From assembly GCA_964638035.1 (NCBI GenBank), contig CAZWXD010000015.1:12289-76288 (forward strand): a stretch of DNA of 64,000 bases, written 5' to 3'. Each line of letters starts with the position of its first letter. Within the stretch, counting starts at the first letter, position 1. Positions 38,061 to 45,960 of this stretch are shown here, one piece after another. Source of the stretch: an uncultured Gemmatimonadaceae bacterium. GTDB lineage: Bacteria > Gemmatimonadota > Gemmatimonadetes > Gemmatimonadales > GWC2-71-9. A program made the position numbers and the translations under genes. The notes below the pieces were generated by a model. That model worked only from the letters and a program-made list of their open reading frames with translations. It did no database searches and was not told the origin of the DNA.

Positions 38061-38977
38061 GTACCGGGCACGGCGAGCTGGACGAGGTGCAGGCCGGGCG
38101 AGGACAATGGGGCGTGGGGCGCTACCGTCTTGTCGAGGTGGCGCTTGTTGCATACGCAGCGCTGGTGGCGGTGACGGCGCTCAGCCGCCTCCACCTCTCG
38201 CGGGGCAACGTCGGCATTGCGCTCGCGCATGGGCTCGTCATTGTGCTGGTGTGGCTCCTGGCGCGGCCCGGCGGGAACGCCACCCGGGAAACCCTGCGCG
38301 ACATCGCGCCACTGGTGCTGCTGCTTGGCCTCTATGCGGCGCTGGACGTCCTGAGCGGAGGCGGCGCCATCGCAGCCCACGACGCCACCGTGCTGCACTG
38401 GGAGCGCTGGCTCTTCGGCGGGGAACCGGCACGCGAGTGGTGGCAGCGCCACCCGAGCACCTTCTGGTCCACTGCCCTGCACGGCGTGTACTTCTTCTAC
38501 TACCTGCTCATTGCGGCGCCGGCGATTGCCTTCCTCGTGCGGCGCGACCGCCAGGCCTTGCAACGGTACGTGCAGAACGTGATGGTCACCTACCTGCTCT
38601 GCTACCTGGTCTTCATCTTCTGGCCCGTGGGTGGCCCGTACTACCAGTATCCAGCGCCTGCGGGAGCGTTCGTGGACAACCTCCCGGCGCGGCTGGTGCA
38701 CGCCTCACTCGCCAGCGGCAGCTCCTTCGGCGCGGCCTTCCCCTCGAGCCACGTGGCCGCCACCATCGCGGCCTGGATCTCGGCGTGGCAGGGATGGCGT
38801 CCGCTGGCCTGGGTGCTGCTGGTCCCGGTGGTGCTGATGCCCATTGCCACCGTGTACACGCAGATGCACTACGGCGTCGATGCCCTGGCCGGGGTTGTGG
38901 TGGGGGTGCTGGTGCCGGCGGTGCTTGAAGCGAAAGGGGCGCCGCACGGCGCCCCCATCCCTTCAACAACTACCTGA
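38057..38977 (+). CDS. PAP2-superfamily membrane protein of the AUR1 / sphingomyelin-synthase type
   Basis: 306 aa with about 6 TM. The motifs are FPSSHVAAT (S-x-H) and YTQMHYGVDALAG (H-Y-x-x-D). The GTG start overlaps the SDR stop as GTGA. Confidence 0.8.
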   Translation: MSTGHGELDEVQAGRGQWGVGRYRLVEVALVAYAALVAVTALSRLHLSRGNVGIALAHGLVIVLVWLLARPGGNATRETLRDIAPLVLLLGLYAALDVLSGGGAIAAHDATVLHWERWLFGGEPAREWWQRHPSTFWSTALHGVYFFYYLLIAAPAIAFLVRRDRQALQRYVQNVMVTYLLCYLVFIFWPVGGPYYQYPAPAGAFVDNLPARLVHASLASGSSFGAAFPSSHVAATIAAWISAWQGWRPLAWVLLVPVVLMPIATVYTQMHYGVDALAGVVVGVLVPAVLEAKGAPHGAPIPSTTT

Positions 38978-38995
38978 CCGTCAGGAGGTACTGCG

Positions 38996-39484
38996 TCAGT
39001 TGACCGTCATCTCGCCGTGCATGCCGAGCGCCGAGTGCGGGGTGCAGGTCAAGCCGTACGTCCCTGCCGGGAACCCGGTGGTGTTCAGGGTGAACACGGC
39101 GTCCTGCTCCACGAGAAGGGCGCCGGTGAGCGGGCCCATCCGGTTCGCGCCGAGCGCGGCGTCGATGGTTGCCTCGGTGCCAGCCGGGATCTTGCCAGCC
39201 ACGAACGCGACGTTGTGCGGGCCGCCGCTCTTGTTGTGGAACCTGACGACATCACCGGCCTTCACCGTGAAGGCCTCCGGCACGTACTTGTAGGCGGTGC
39301 CCTCGAGCACCATGTTCACGTCGATCGTGGCACCGGTAGCAGCCGGCGTCGTCGCCGCGGCCGCGGGAGCCTCAGCAGCAGGCGCCGCAGGAGCGGGGGT
39401 AGCCGCTGGCGCCTCGGCCTTCTTCTCGCCGCCGCAGGCAGTGAGTACCAGCACCAGACCCGCGGCCATCGTCGCTACGCGCAT
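38996..39484 (-). CDS. Plastocyanin/pseudoazurin-like blue-copper lipoprotein
   Basis: 162 aa with the lipobox LVLVLTAC and an Ala/Pro linker. The type-1 Cu ligands are GGPHNVAF (His) and LTCTPHSALGMHG (Cys-x2-His-x4-Met). Confidence 0.85.
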   Translation of the reverse strand: MRVATMAAGLVLVLTACGGEKKAEAPAATPAPAAPAAEAPAAAATTPAATGATIDVNMVLEGTAYKYVPEAFTVKAGDVVRFHNKSGGPHNVAFVAGKIPAGTEATIDAALGANRMGPLTGALLVEQDAVFTLNTTGFPAGTYGLTCTPHSALGMHGEMTVN

Positions 39485-39555
39485 CGCAGTCCATCCTCCA
39501 GGAGTAGGGGTGCCGGGACATTCCCGGCTGTCACAGCGCTCACAAGATATCGCTC

Positions 39556-39569
39556 GTGAAGCGCTTCAC
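39556..39569. promoter_or_regulatory. Perfect 14-bp palindrome in a divergent promoter region
   Basis: GTGAAGCGCTTCAC lies between the cupredoxin start (39484) and the Cys-rich protein start (39632). A related TCACAGCGCTCAC sits 12 bp upstream of it on the + strand. Confidence 0.35.
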
Positions 39570-39631
39570 AAGTCCGCACAGGCCGCCTAACCTTGGGCCA
39601 CATTCCGCCTTGAAACCGTGACGCATATCAC

Positions 39632-40423
39632 ATGACCACCCCTCCTCCCTGCCGCCGCCTTGGCCCCCAGTGCCAGGCGCTCAAGGTGATCCTCCGGATC
39701 GGCGCACTCGAGGACGGCCAGGCCTCCCTCGACCACGAGGGCACCTGGCTGCTTGGCCACACCGGCCAGATCACCTTCGGGGACATCTGGAGCGGTGCCG
39801 GGGACTTGTACGTGGATGCCGTCCTCCATGTCCCCTGCCGGCACCTCACGGTGGCCGGAAACCGGGCACAGTGCGGAGCCCACGGCTTTGCTGGGCCCAC
39901 CCCGCCGAGCCCTCGCCGCCGGACCCAGCCCCGGCAGATGGGTGGGGATCGGTTTCTCGTGATGCAGCGGATGGAGCTGAAGGAACAGGTGCTTCGCCCC
40001 AAGCCGGCACCCCAGGCCCAGGGGCGCGCCTTGCCCATCCTGGCCACCGCCAATCCCTGCCTGGGGGCACCCTGCACGACGGCAGACCACCGCAGGGGCA
40101 TGGCCTGCTGCCGGGACCTGCAGCTCGAGATCATGTGCACCCGCCGGCAGGTCCTGCTCGAGGCCCTCGTCCGGCACCGGAAGTCGCCCTATCTCTGCAA
40201 GGTGGACCGGGAGGGAGATTTCTCGCTCGGGGTCGAGATGATCTCGGCGTGCGGGTACCTGGCGGACGATGGTGCAGGATGCACCCTCCACGGGCGCCAC
40301 CGGCGCGACGGGCGCACCGCCAAGCCCGACCTGTGCTTTGACTGGCCCCCCAAGGGCGAGGGACTGCACCCGGGCTGCGTGTTCCACAAATCCCGGCGAC
40401 CCGGGAGGCCCCTGAAGGGATAG
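39632..40423 (+). CDS. Cys-rich protein with a C-terminal YkgJ/UPF0153 (CxxCxxCC)-like domain
   Basis: 263 aa, with much higher GC3 in this frame than in antisense ORF 39587..40387. The motifs NPCLGAPC...GMACCRDL and GCTLHG...RTAKPDLCFDWP resemble the putative Fe-S/zinc-binding YkgJ family. Confidence 0.55.
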   Translation: MTTPPPCRRLGPQCQALKVILRIGALEDGQASLDHEGTWLLGHTGQITFGDIWSGAGDLYVDAVLHVPCRHLTVAGNRAQCGAHGFAGPTPPSPRRRTQPRQMGGDRFLVMQRMELKEQVLRPKPAPQAQGRALPILATANPCLGAPCTTADHRRGMACCRDLQLEIMCTRRQVLLEALVRHRKSPYLCKVDREGDFSLGVEMISACGYLADDGAGCTLHGRHRRDGRTAKPDLCFDWPPKGEGLHPGCVFHKSRRPGRPLKG

Positions 40424-40543
40424 CTGCCGGCCTCCCCTTCCTGCCCCGGTCCGGCCTGTGCAAGTTCATGGCAGTACGGCGTCTACCCCATGGATTCACC
40501 CCCGGAACACGAGACGCCAACCCCGGGACGCCGGGAGAGGCCC

Positions 40544-41059
40544 ATGGCTGACGAGCTCGAAGAGCTGTACCAGAGCACGTACACGGCGGTCGTTCGGTAC
40601 CTGTACCGCAAGGTCTGGGACGCCGACCGCGCGGAGGACCTGGCGCAGGAGGTGTTCGTGCGCCTGCTGCAGCACCGCCCGGAGAAGCCGCGATCCTGGA
40701 TCTTTGCTGTTGCCGCCAACCTGGCACGGGATGAGGCCAGGGCAGCGATCCGGCGCCGGCGGCACCTGACGTTGCTGAGCGCCGAGCCGTCCGCCCTGCC
40801 CTCGGCGCCGCTTGCCGCGGAAGACATGCTGGAGCACGATGAGCGGGCAGCAGAGGTGCAGGAAGCGCTGGACGCACTGACCCCGCGAGACCGCGAGGTG
40901 CTCCTGCTCTGGGACGCAGGGCTCAGCTATCCGGAGATTGCCGAACGGACGGGGCTCGCGGTCGGAGCGATTGGCACGACGCTGGCGCGGGCACGCCGGC
41001 GGCTGGTGGCCGCACACCATGCCCAGCACAGCACCGAGGCCGATGTCGCACATTCCTGA
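40544..41059 (+). CDS. ECF (group IV) sigma-70 factor
   Basis: The start is at the ATG at 40544 (MADELEELY). Region 2 is DRAEDLAQEVFVRLL. Region 4 is LTPRDREVLLLWDAGLSYPEIAERTGLAVGAIGTTLARARRRL. Confidence 0.9.
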   Translation: MADELEELYQSTYTAVVRYLYRKVWDADRAEDLAQEVFVRLLQHRPEKPRSWIFAVAANLARDEARAAIRRRRHLTLLSAEPSALPSAPLAAEDMLEHDERAAEVQEALDALTPRDREVLLLWDAGLSYPEIAERTGLAVGAIGTTLARARRRLVAAHHAQHSTEADVAHS

Positions 41060-41996
41060 GGACGAACTCCACGCCTACCTCGACCAGGCCCTGGGCCGGT
41101 CGCAGTGCGTGGTCATCGAGAGCCACCTGGCGAGTTGCGCCGACTGCCGCCGCGAACGCGATGCGATCGCCGCGCTGCGCGACCGGACGACGCTGCTGCT
41201 GGGCCAGGCAGCGCCGGCACGGCGCATCGCTCCCTCCTTCGAGGCGCTGCAGCGGCGCGCGGTGCATGCGCCGGTGTCGCGCCGGGCGCGGCTCCTCCGG
41301 CGGGGCATCATGGCCGCGAGCCTGGTTGGAGCCATCGGGATCGGCTACGCGCTCCGTTCCCTCGAGCCCGCGCCCGAGGCGGCCACGGCCCAGCAGCCGG
41401 TCCTGCCGGTGCCGATGCCCGTGGCCGCGCCGGACCGGGCGGGTGGGCAACCCGACGTGCACCAGGTGGCGGAGCATCGGTCGAGCCCGGCCCGGGCAAG
41501 GGTACCCGCCGGGATCGCCGTGGACCGGAACCCCGCGGTTCCGCCGGCCCCCGTCGTTGCTGCCATCACGCCGCCTGCCTCGATCGAACTGTCCACGGAC
41601 ACCCTGCCGCAGGAAGAAACCGCCAGCCTCGTGGGCCTCTGGCGCACGGTGCCGTGGGATGCCGCGGAACAGGCGGCCGGGCGCGAACCGTCGCGGCTGA
41701 TCGGGGTGCCGGTCGAGCAGGTCCAGGTCCAGCCGAGCAGCCGGGAAGGTGGCAAGCCGGTCACGGTGGTGGCACAGCGGCTCTCATCGGGTGAGGTCAT
41801 CCAGACCATCGAGGGCCCGGCAGCCGATGTCACCCAGCTCCTCTCCCGGAGCGGTGACGGTGGGCTCGACTCCGCCGGCCGCTCGGCGCAGGCGGTCCGT
41901 TCCGGCGACCGGCTGATCGTGGTGACAGGCCAGCTCCCCTCGGACTCGCTGCGCGCGATGGCGCGGCGGGTGAATGCGGGGATGCGGGTGAGGTAG
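41043..41996 (+). CDS. Anti-sigma factor, zf-HC2 (ZAS) type, single-pass membrane protein
   Basis: The start is at the ATG at 41043, overlapping the sigma gene by 17 nt. The HxxxCxxC motif is in ESHLASCADCRRE, and the TM is GIMAASLVGAIGIGYAL. A Pro/Ala-rich periplasmic part follows. Confidence 0.8.
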   Translation: MSHIPEDELHAYLDQALGRSQCVVIESHLASCADCRRERDAIAALRDRTTLLLGQAAPARRIAPSFEALQRRAVHAPVSRRARLLRRGIMAASLVGAIGIGYALRSLEPAPEAATAQQPVLPVPMPVAAPDRAGGQPDVHQVAEHRSSPARARVPAGIAVDRNPAVPPAPVVAAITPPASIELSTDTLPQEETASLVGLWRTVPWDAAEQAAGREPSRLIGVPVEQVQVQPSSREGGKPVTVVAQRLSSGEVIQTIEGPAADVTQLLSRSGDGGLDSAGRSAQAVRSGDRLIVVTGQLPSDSLRAMARRVNAGMRVR

Positions 41997-42122
41997 GGCG
42001 TCAGGGCGTCAGGACGTCAGGACGTCAGGGAGAAAAAGGGCCACCGCGGTTTGCGATGGCCCTTTCGCTTTCCCTGACGCCCTGACGCCCTGACGCCCTG
42101 ACGTCCTGACGTCCTGACGCCC
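41996..42122. repeat. Nested palindrome built from tandem 8-bp units (RCGTCAGG)4 ... (CCTGACGY)6
   Basis: The + strand reads GCGTCAGG GCGTCAGG ACGTCAGG ACGTCAGG, then a central hairpin, then CCTGACGC x3, CCTGACGT x2 and CCTGACGC x1. It fills the whole convergent gap from the anti-sigma TAG to the actF stop. Confidence 0.9.
42035..42065. terminator. Bidirectional intrinsic-terminator-like hairpin
   Basis: AAAGGGCCA-ccgcggtttgcga-TGGCCCTTT forms a 9-bp stem. It is flanked by an A-run on the left and a T-run on the right, so either strand gets a U-tail. It lies between convergent genes. Confidence 0.7.
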
Positions 42123-43468
42123 TACTTCTCCAGGTCGGCCTCGTGCACGAAGTCCTTCTCGGTGTCTTCGTGATCGTAGTGCTCCACCTCGTGGTGGTGG
42201 ACCTCACGGCTCAGCGTGTTCTCCGCCAGCCGCGGTGAGATCATGGGCCAGGTGCGGCCGAAGAGCGCATGGGTGAGGAGAAAGAGGCCCAGGAACAGCG
42301 CGGTGGGCCCGACCTCGGGCACCCCGAAGCGCGGCCCGCTCTCTGCCGTGATCGACGGCACGATCATCAGGTAGCGCTCCAGCCAGAGCGCCGTGAGGCT
42401 CACCAGGGCCACGGCGGGCAGGATGACCCGGTTCTTCTTGGGTGCCACGCCCAGCAGCACGATGAACGGAATGAAGAAGAGGCCGGTGAGGACCGCCTGC
42501 GCGACCGGGATCCAGGGGCCCCAGAGCCGCGCGTAGACGAAGCCGGTCTCCTCGGGGAGGTTGGCATACCAGATGATCTGGAACTGGGCCCACATGAGGT
42601 AGGCCCAGAAGACCGAGAACCCGAAGCAGAGCTTGCCCAGGTCATGGCGCTGCTTGCCCGAGATGAGGTCGCTGACACCGAGCAGCTTGCCGTCGAAGAT
42701 CATGAGCACGGCCAGCAGCATGTAGCCGCCCAGGAACGATCCCATGAAGAACCAGCCGCCCAGCAGGTTGGAGTACCAGTGGGGCTGGAGCGCCATCATC
42801 CCGTCGAACGCGACCAGGGTGAGGACAATGGCGTAGAGCACGGCATACACCGGCGACAGGCGCCGGAGCTTGCCGTAGATCCGCTCCTGTGCGCCCTCGG
42901 AGTTGTCGTAGCCGCGCGCCCGGCGCTCGAAGAGCGCCCGCCGGCCGCCGGTGGCCGCCCCCTGCGCCGCAGCCACGTCGGGGATGAGGTCGGTGCGGAC
43001 CAGGCGCCAGCCGATCCAGTAGAGGAGCGACAGCCCCACGAAGAGCCGGCCGAACATGAAGCCCCGGCTGAGCCACACCGCCTTGCCATGCTGGAGCGAG
43101 TGCAGCTGCTCATGCATGTGACCGTAGATGTGGTCGTAGCCCACCGTGAAGATGAGCACCAGGCCCACGAGCGAGACCGGCGCGAACCAGATCGCCGCCT
43201 CCGCGAAGCGGATGACCACGCCCGACCACCGGGCGTTCACGATCTTGTCCACCGCCGCCACCGCCACGCTGCCGGCGCAGAGGCCGGTGAAGAAGACCCA
43301 GTTGACGTGGAAGAGGTGCCATGCGCGCGGCGCATTCTCGCCGCGGATGGTCATGGCAAACAGGATGAGGCCAAGGACCGCGAGGCCCATGCCCACCCCG
43401 AGCCGGGTCTCGTAGCGGCCCGAGAGGCCGGCTTCGACCAGGCGCTGCCGGATGTTCCGCCCTGGCAT
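42122..43468 (-). CDS. actF: Alternative complex III subunit ActF (NrfD-like membrane subunit)
   Basis: 448-aa polytopic protein that looks paralogous to ActC and is the last gene of the act operon. Its ATG shares one nucleotide (43468) with the actE stop codon (TGATG). Confidence 0.8.
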   Translation of the reverse strand: MPGRNIRQRLVEAGLSGRYETRLGVGMGLAVLGLILFAMTIRGENAPRAWHLFHVNWVFFTGLCAGSVAVAAVDKIVNARWSGVVIRFAEAAIWFAPVSLVGLVLIFTVGYDHIYGHMHEQLHSLQHGKAVWLSRGFMFGRLFVGLSLLYWIGWRLVRTDLIPDVAAAQGAATGGRRALFERRARGYDNSEGAQERIYGKLRRLSPVYAVLYAIVLTLVAFDGMMALQPHWYSNLLGGWFFMGSFLGGYMLLAVLMIFDGKLLGVSDLISGKQRHDLGKLCFGFSVFWAYLMWAQFQIIWYANLPEETGFVYARLWGPWIPVAQAVLTGLFFIPFIVLLGVAPKKNRVILPAVALVSLTALWLERYLMIVPSITAESGPRFGVPEVGPTALFLGLFLLTHALFGRTWPMISPRLAENTLSREVHHHEVEHYDHEDTEKDFVHEADLEK

Positions 43469-44106
43469 CAGTGGGTCCCTCCCGTCGTCGCGGGGGCGGG
43501 CGACCGGGCCTGCAGCTCGCGCACATGGTTCACGATCAGCCAGCGGTCCACCTGGCTGGGGAGCTTGTCACCGTACTTGGGCATCAGGCCCCGCCCGTAG
43601 CGGATGATGCTGTAGAGGTACCCGTCGGTGTGCGAGCGGGTCATGGTCGTCAGCAGCGACGGCACGCCAACGAAGCGCGAGGCCACGAGCCCGGTGCCCG
43701 CCCCGTCCTGGCCATGGCACGCACTGCAGAAGGTGTGGTAGAGCGAGTCGCCCCGCGCCGCACTCGGCGCCAGCATCGGCATGTCGGGACCGGGCACCGG
43801 CATCCCCGTGCCCGCCTTCGTGGGGTTCACCAGGCGGTCGGCCGCCGCCTGGTCGAAGGCGTAGGCCAGGTTCGCCCCGTCACCGATGTCCCAACTGGCC
43901 TCGCCCCCACCCACCGGCACCGTGCCCTTCACGGCGGTGCGGGGCACGTCCGCGCGAGAATAGGGATTCACCGCCGGGCTGTAGATCATCTGGTCGAACC
44001 ACGCGATGTGGTACCAGAGCTGGTCGGGCGACGGCACGGTGTTGTACCAGAAGTCGCATCCCGCCAGGGCCATCGGCAGCAGGGCCGCGAGGAGCCTACG
44101 CCGCAT
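43468..44106 (-). CDS. actE: Alternative complex III subunit ActE (mono-haem cytochrome c lipoprotein)
   Basis: The start is at the ATG at 44106 (MRRRLLAALLPMALAGC lipobox). A single CSACH haem motif is present, and GLMPKYG supplies the Met ligand. Confidence 0.85.
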   Translation of the reverse strand: MRRRLLAALLPMALAGCDFWYNTVPSPDQLWYHIAWFDQMIYSPAVNPYSRADVPRTAVKGTVPVGGGEASWDIGDGANLAYAFDQAAADRLVNPTKAGTGMPVPGPDMPMLAPSAARGDSLYHTFCSACHGQDGAGTGLVASRFVGVPSLLTTMTRSHTDGYLYSIIRYGRGLMPKYGDKLPSQVDRWLIVNHVRELQARSPAPATTGGTH

Positions 44107-44611
44107 GCTGCACCTCCACGGCCACCGCGCCGGCATCCCGCAGGAACTTCTCCGTCGCGGCGGCCTGGTCCCGCGCCGCCGGGACGAAGATCCCGATCCG
44201 GTCGTCGCTGAAGCGCTCGTCGTACCTGACGCCCTTCTTCCGGAGCGTGGTGGCGAGCAGGGCCACGCCGCCCAGGGTGACGAGCGAGGCCACCAGCACG
44301 GTGAGCTCGAACATGATCACGACGAAGGCCGGCATGGCCACGATGGACTTGCCGCCCACCAGGACGGGCCAGTCGCGGTTCATCCAGACCTGCATCGAGA
44401 TGGCGGCCGCGAGGCCGGTGATGCCGCCGATGAGGGTGAACATCCGCACGGGGCTGGTGCCATGCCCGGCGGCGTCCTCGATCTCGTGGTTGGGGTGCGA
44501 AACGAAGACGGTGAAGTCCTTCCGTCCCTTCGCGCGGAGGTCGCGGATGGCGTCGCAGGCCGCGTCGATCTGCTCGAACGAGGCGAGGACGCCGGGCGTG
44601 ATCGCAGCCAT
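44096..44611 (-). CDS. actD: Alternative complex III subunit ActD (DUF3341)
   Basis: 171 aa, the in-frame 3' part of track ORF 44096..45574, starting MAAITPGVLASFEQIDAACDAIRDLR. Two C-terminal TM helices are present. Its ATG shares one nucleotide (44611) with the actC stop codon (TGATG). Confidence 0.8.
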   Translation of the reverse strand: MAAITPGVLASFEQIDAACDAIRDLRAKGRKDFTVFVSHPNHEIEDAAGHGTSPVRMFTLIGGITGLAAAISMQVWMNRDWPVLVGGKSIVAMPAFVVIMFELTVLVASLVTLGGVALLATTLRKKGVRYDERFSDDRIGIFVPAARDQAAATEKFLRDAGAVAVEVQHAA

Positions 44612-45960
44612 CAGTGGTGTCCCGTGTGGGCCGCGCGGCGGCGGGGCATGGGGATGAACTCCTTGATCTCCTGGATCGCCACGATGGGCAGGTTCTTGGC
44701 GAACAGGAGGAACCACATCAGGAACCAGCCGAACGACCCGACCAGGATCCCCCAGTCGGCCCAGGTCGGCGTCATGTTGTCCCAGGCATACGGGACGTAG
44801 TCGTTGGCCAGCGAGTTGATGATGACATACCGCTCGAACCACATCCCGATGTTGATGAAGATCGAGATGACGAAGAGCGCCGTCAGGTTGGTGCGCACCT
44901 TCCGGAACCAGAGGAGCTGTGACACGAAGGCATTGCAGATGATCATCGCCCACCCGCCCCACCACATCGGGCCGAACGCGCGCCGGAAGAAGGTCGTCTG
45001 CTCGAAGGTGTTCCCGCTGTACCACGCGACGAAGTACTCCATGCCGTAGGCGTAGAACAGGATGCTGCCGGTCAGGAGCGTCAGCTTCGACAGGTTGTCG
45101 AAATGGTAGTCGGTGATCATGTGCTCCAGGTGCAGGTGCTTCCGGAGCGGGATGAGCAGGGTGAACACCATGCCGACGCCGGAGTAGATGGCGCCGGCCA
45201 CGAAGTACGGGGCGAAGATGGTGCCGTGCCAGCCGGGGATCAGCGACACCGCGAAGTCCCAGGACACGACCGAGTGCACCGAGAGCACGAGGGGGGTGGC
45301 CAGTGCCGCGAGGTAGAGGTACGCGCGCGAGTAGTGGCGCCACTGGTTGTCGGTGCCCCGCCAGTTCACCGAGAGCGTGGTGTAGAGCTTCTTGCGCCAG
45401 CCGGTGGCCTTGTCGCGCACCGCCGCCACGTCGGGGATGAGCCCGAAGATGAGGAAGCAGGTGGAGACGGTGAGGTAGGTGGAGATCGCGAAGACGTCCC
45501 ACACCAGGGGCGACTTGAAGTTGGGCCAGAGGTAGCGCTGGTTGGGGTACGGCAGCAGCCAGTAGAACACCCACTGGCGCCCGATGTGGATGATCGGGAA
45601 GAGGCCCGCCGTCATGACCGCGAACACGGTCATGGCCTCGGTGGTGCGGTACACCGCCGTGCGCCAGGGCGAGCGGAAGAGGAAGAGGATCGCCGAGATC
45701 AGCGTGCCGGCGTGGCCGATGCCGACCCAGAACACGAAGTTGGTGATGTACACCGCCCAGAAGATCGGCGGCTGGTAGCCCGCGAGCCCCAGGCCGTCCC
45801 GCAGGAGCAGCGTGAAGGTGACGGCACCCACCAGGAACATCGCGACGGCGAACGCCAGCATCGCGAGGTAGCCCTTCGAGGGCGGCGAGAGCGTGCCGAT
45901 GATGTCACGGGTGACGTCGGCATGGGTCTGGGTCGGGGCCGGCTGCGCAATCGCGGTCAT
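44611..45960 (-). CDS. actC: Alternative complex III subunit ActC (NrfD/PsrC-like quinol-interacting membrane subunit)
   Basis: 449 aa with about 10 TM. NrfD-family character is visible (WVGIGHAGTLISAILFL, WHGTIFAPYFVAGAIYSG). It starts directly after the actB stop. Confidence 0.88.
   Translation of the reverse strand: MTAIAQPAPTQTHADVTRDIIGTLSPPSKGYLAMLAFAVAMFLVGAVTFTLLLRDGLGLAGYQPPIFWAVYITNFVFWVGIGHAGTLISAILFLFRSPWRTAVYRTTEAMTVFAVMTAGLFPIIHIGRQWVFYWLLPYPNQRYLWPNFKSPLVWDVFAISTYLTVSTCFLIFGLIPDVAAVRDKATGWRKKLYTTLSVNWRGTDNQWRHYSRAYLYLAALATPLVLSVHSVVSWDFAVSLIPGWHGTIFAPYFVAGAIYSGVGMVFTLLIPLRKHLHLEHMITDYHFDNLSKLTLLTGSILFYAYGMEYFVAWYSGNTFEQTTFFRRAFGPMWWGGWAMIICNAFVSQLLWFRKVRTNLTALFVISIFINIGMWFERYVIINSLANDYVPYAWDNMTPTWADWGILVGSFGWFLMWFLLFAKNLPIVAIQEIKEFIPMPRRRAAHTGHH

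Noticed and set aside
40424-40543. ECF-type autoregulatory promoter (GGAAC-N18-GACG) upstream of the sigma gene
   Set aside because: The GGAAC word lies only about 35 nt before the ATG, so the putative -10 would overlap the ribosome-binding region. The spacer is also longer than usual, so the match is probably fortuitous.
41996-42122. Octamer arrays as a CRISPR array or as coding repeats
   Set aside because: The units are 8 bp, directly abutting with no spacers, and far shorter than CRISPR repeats. The unit length is not a multiple of three, and the arrays lie outside the flanking ORFs. The track peptides such as VKASRRQGVKASRRQ are translation artefacts.
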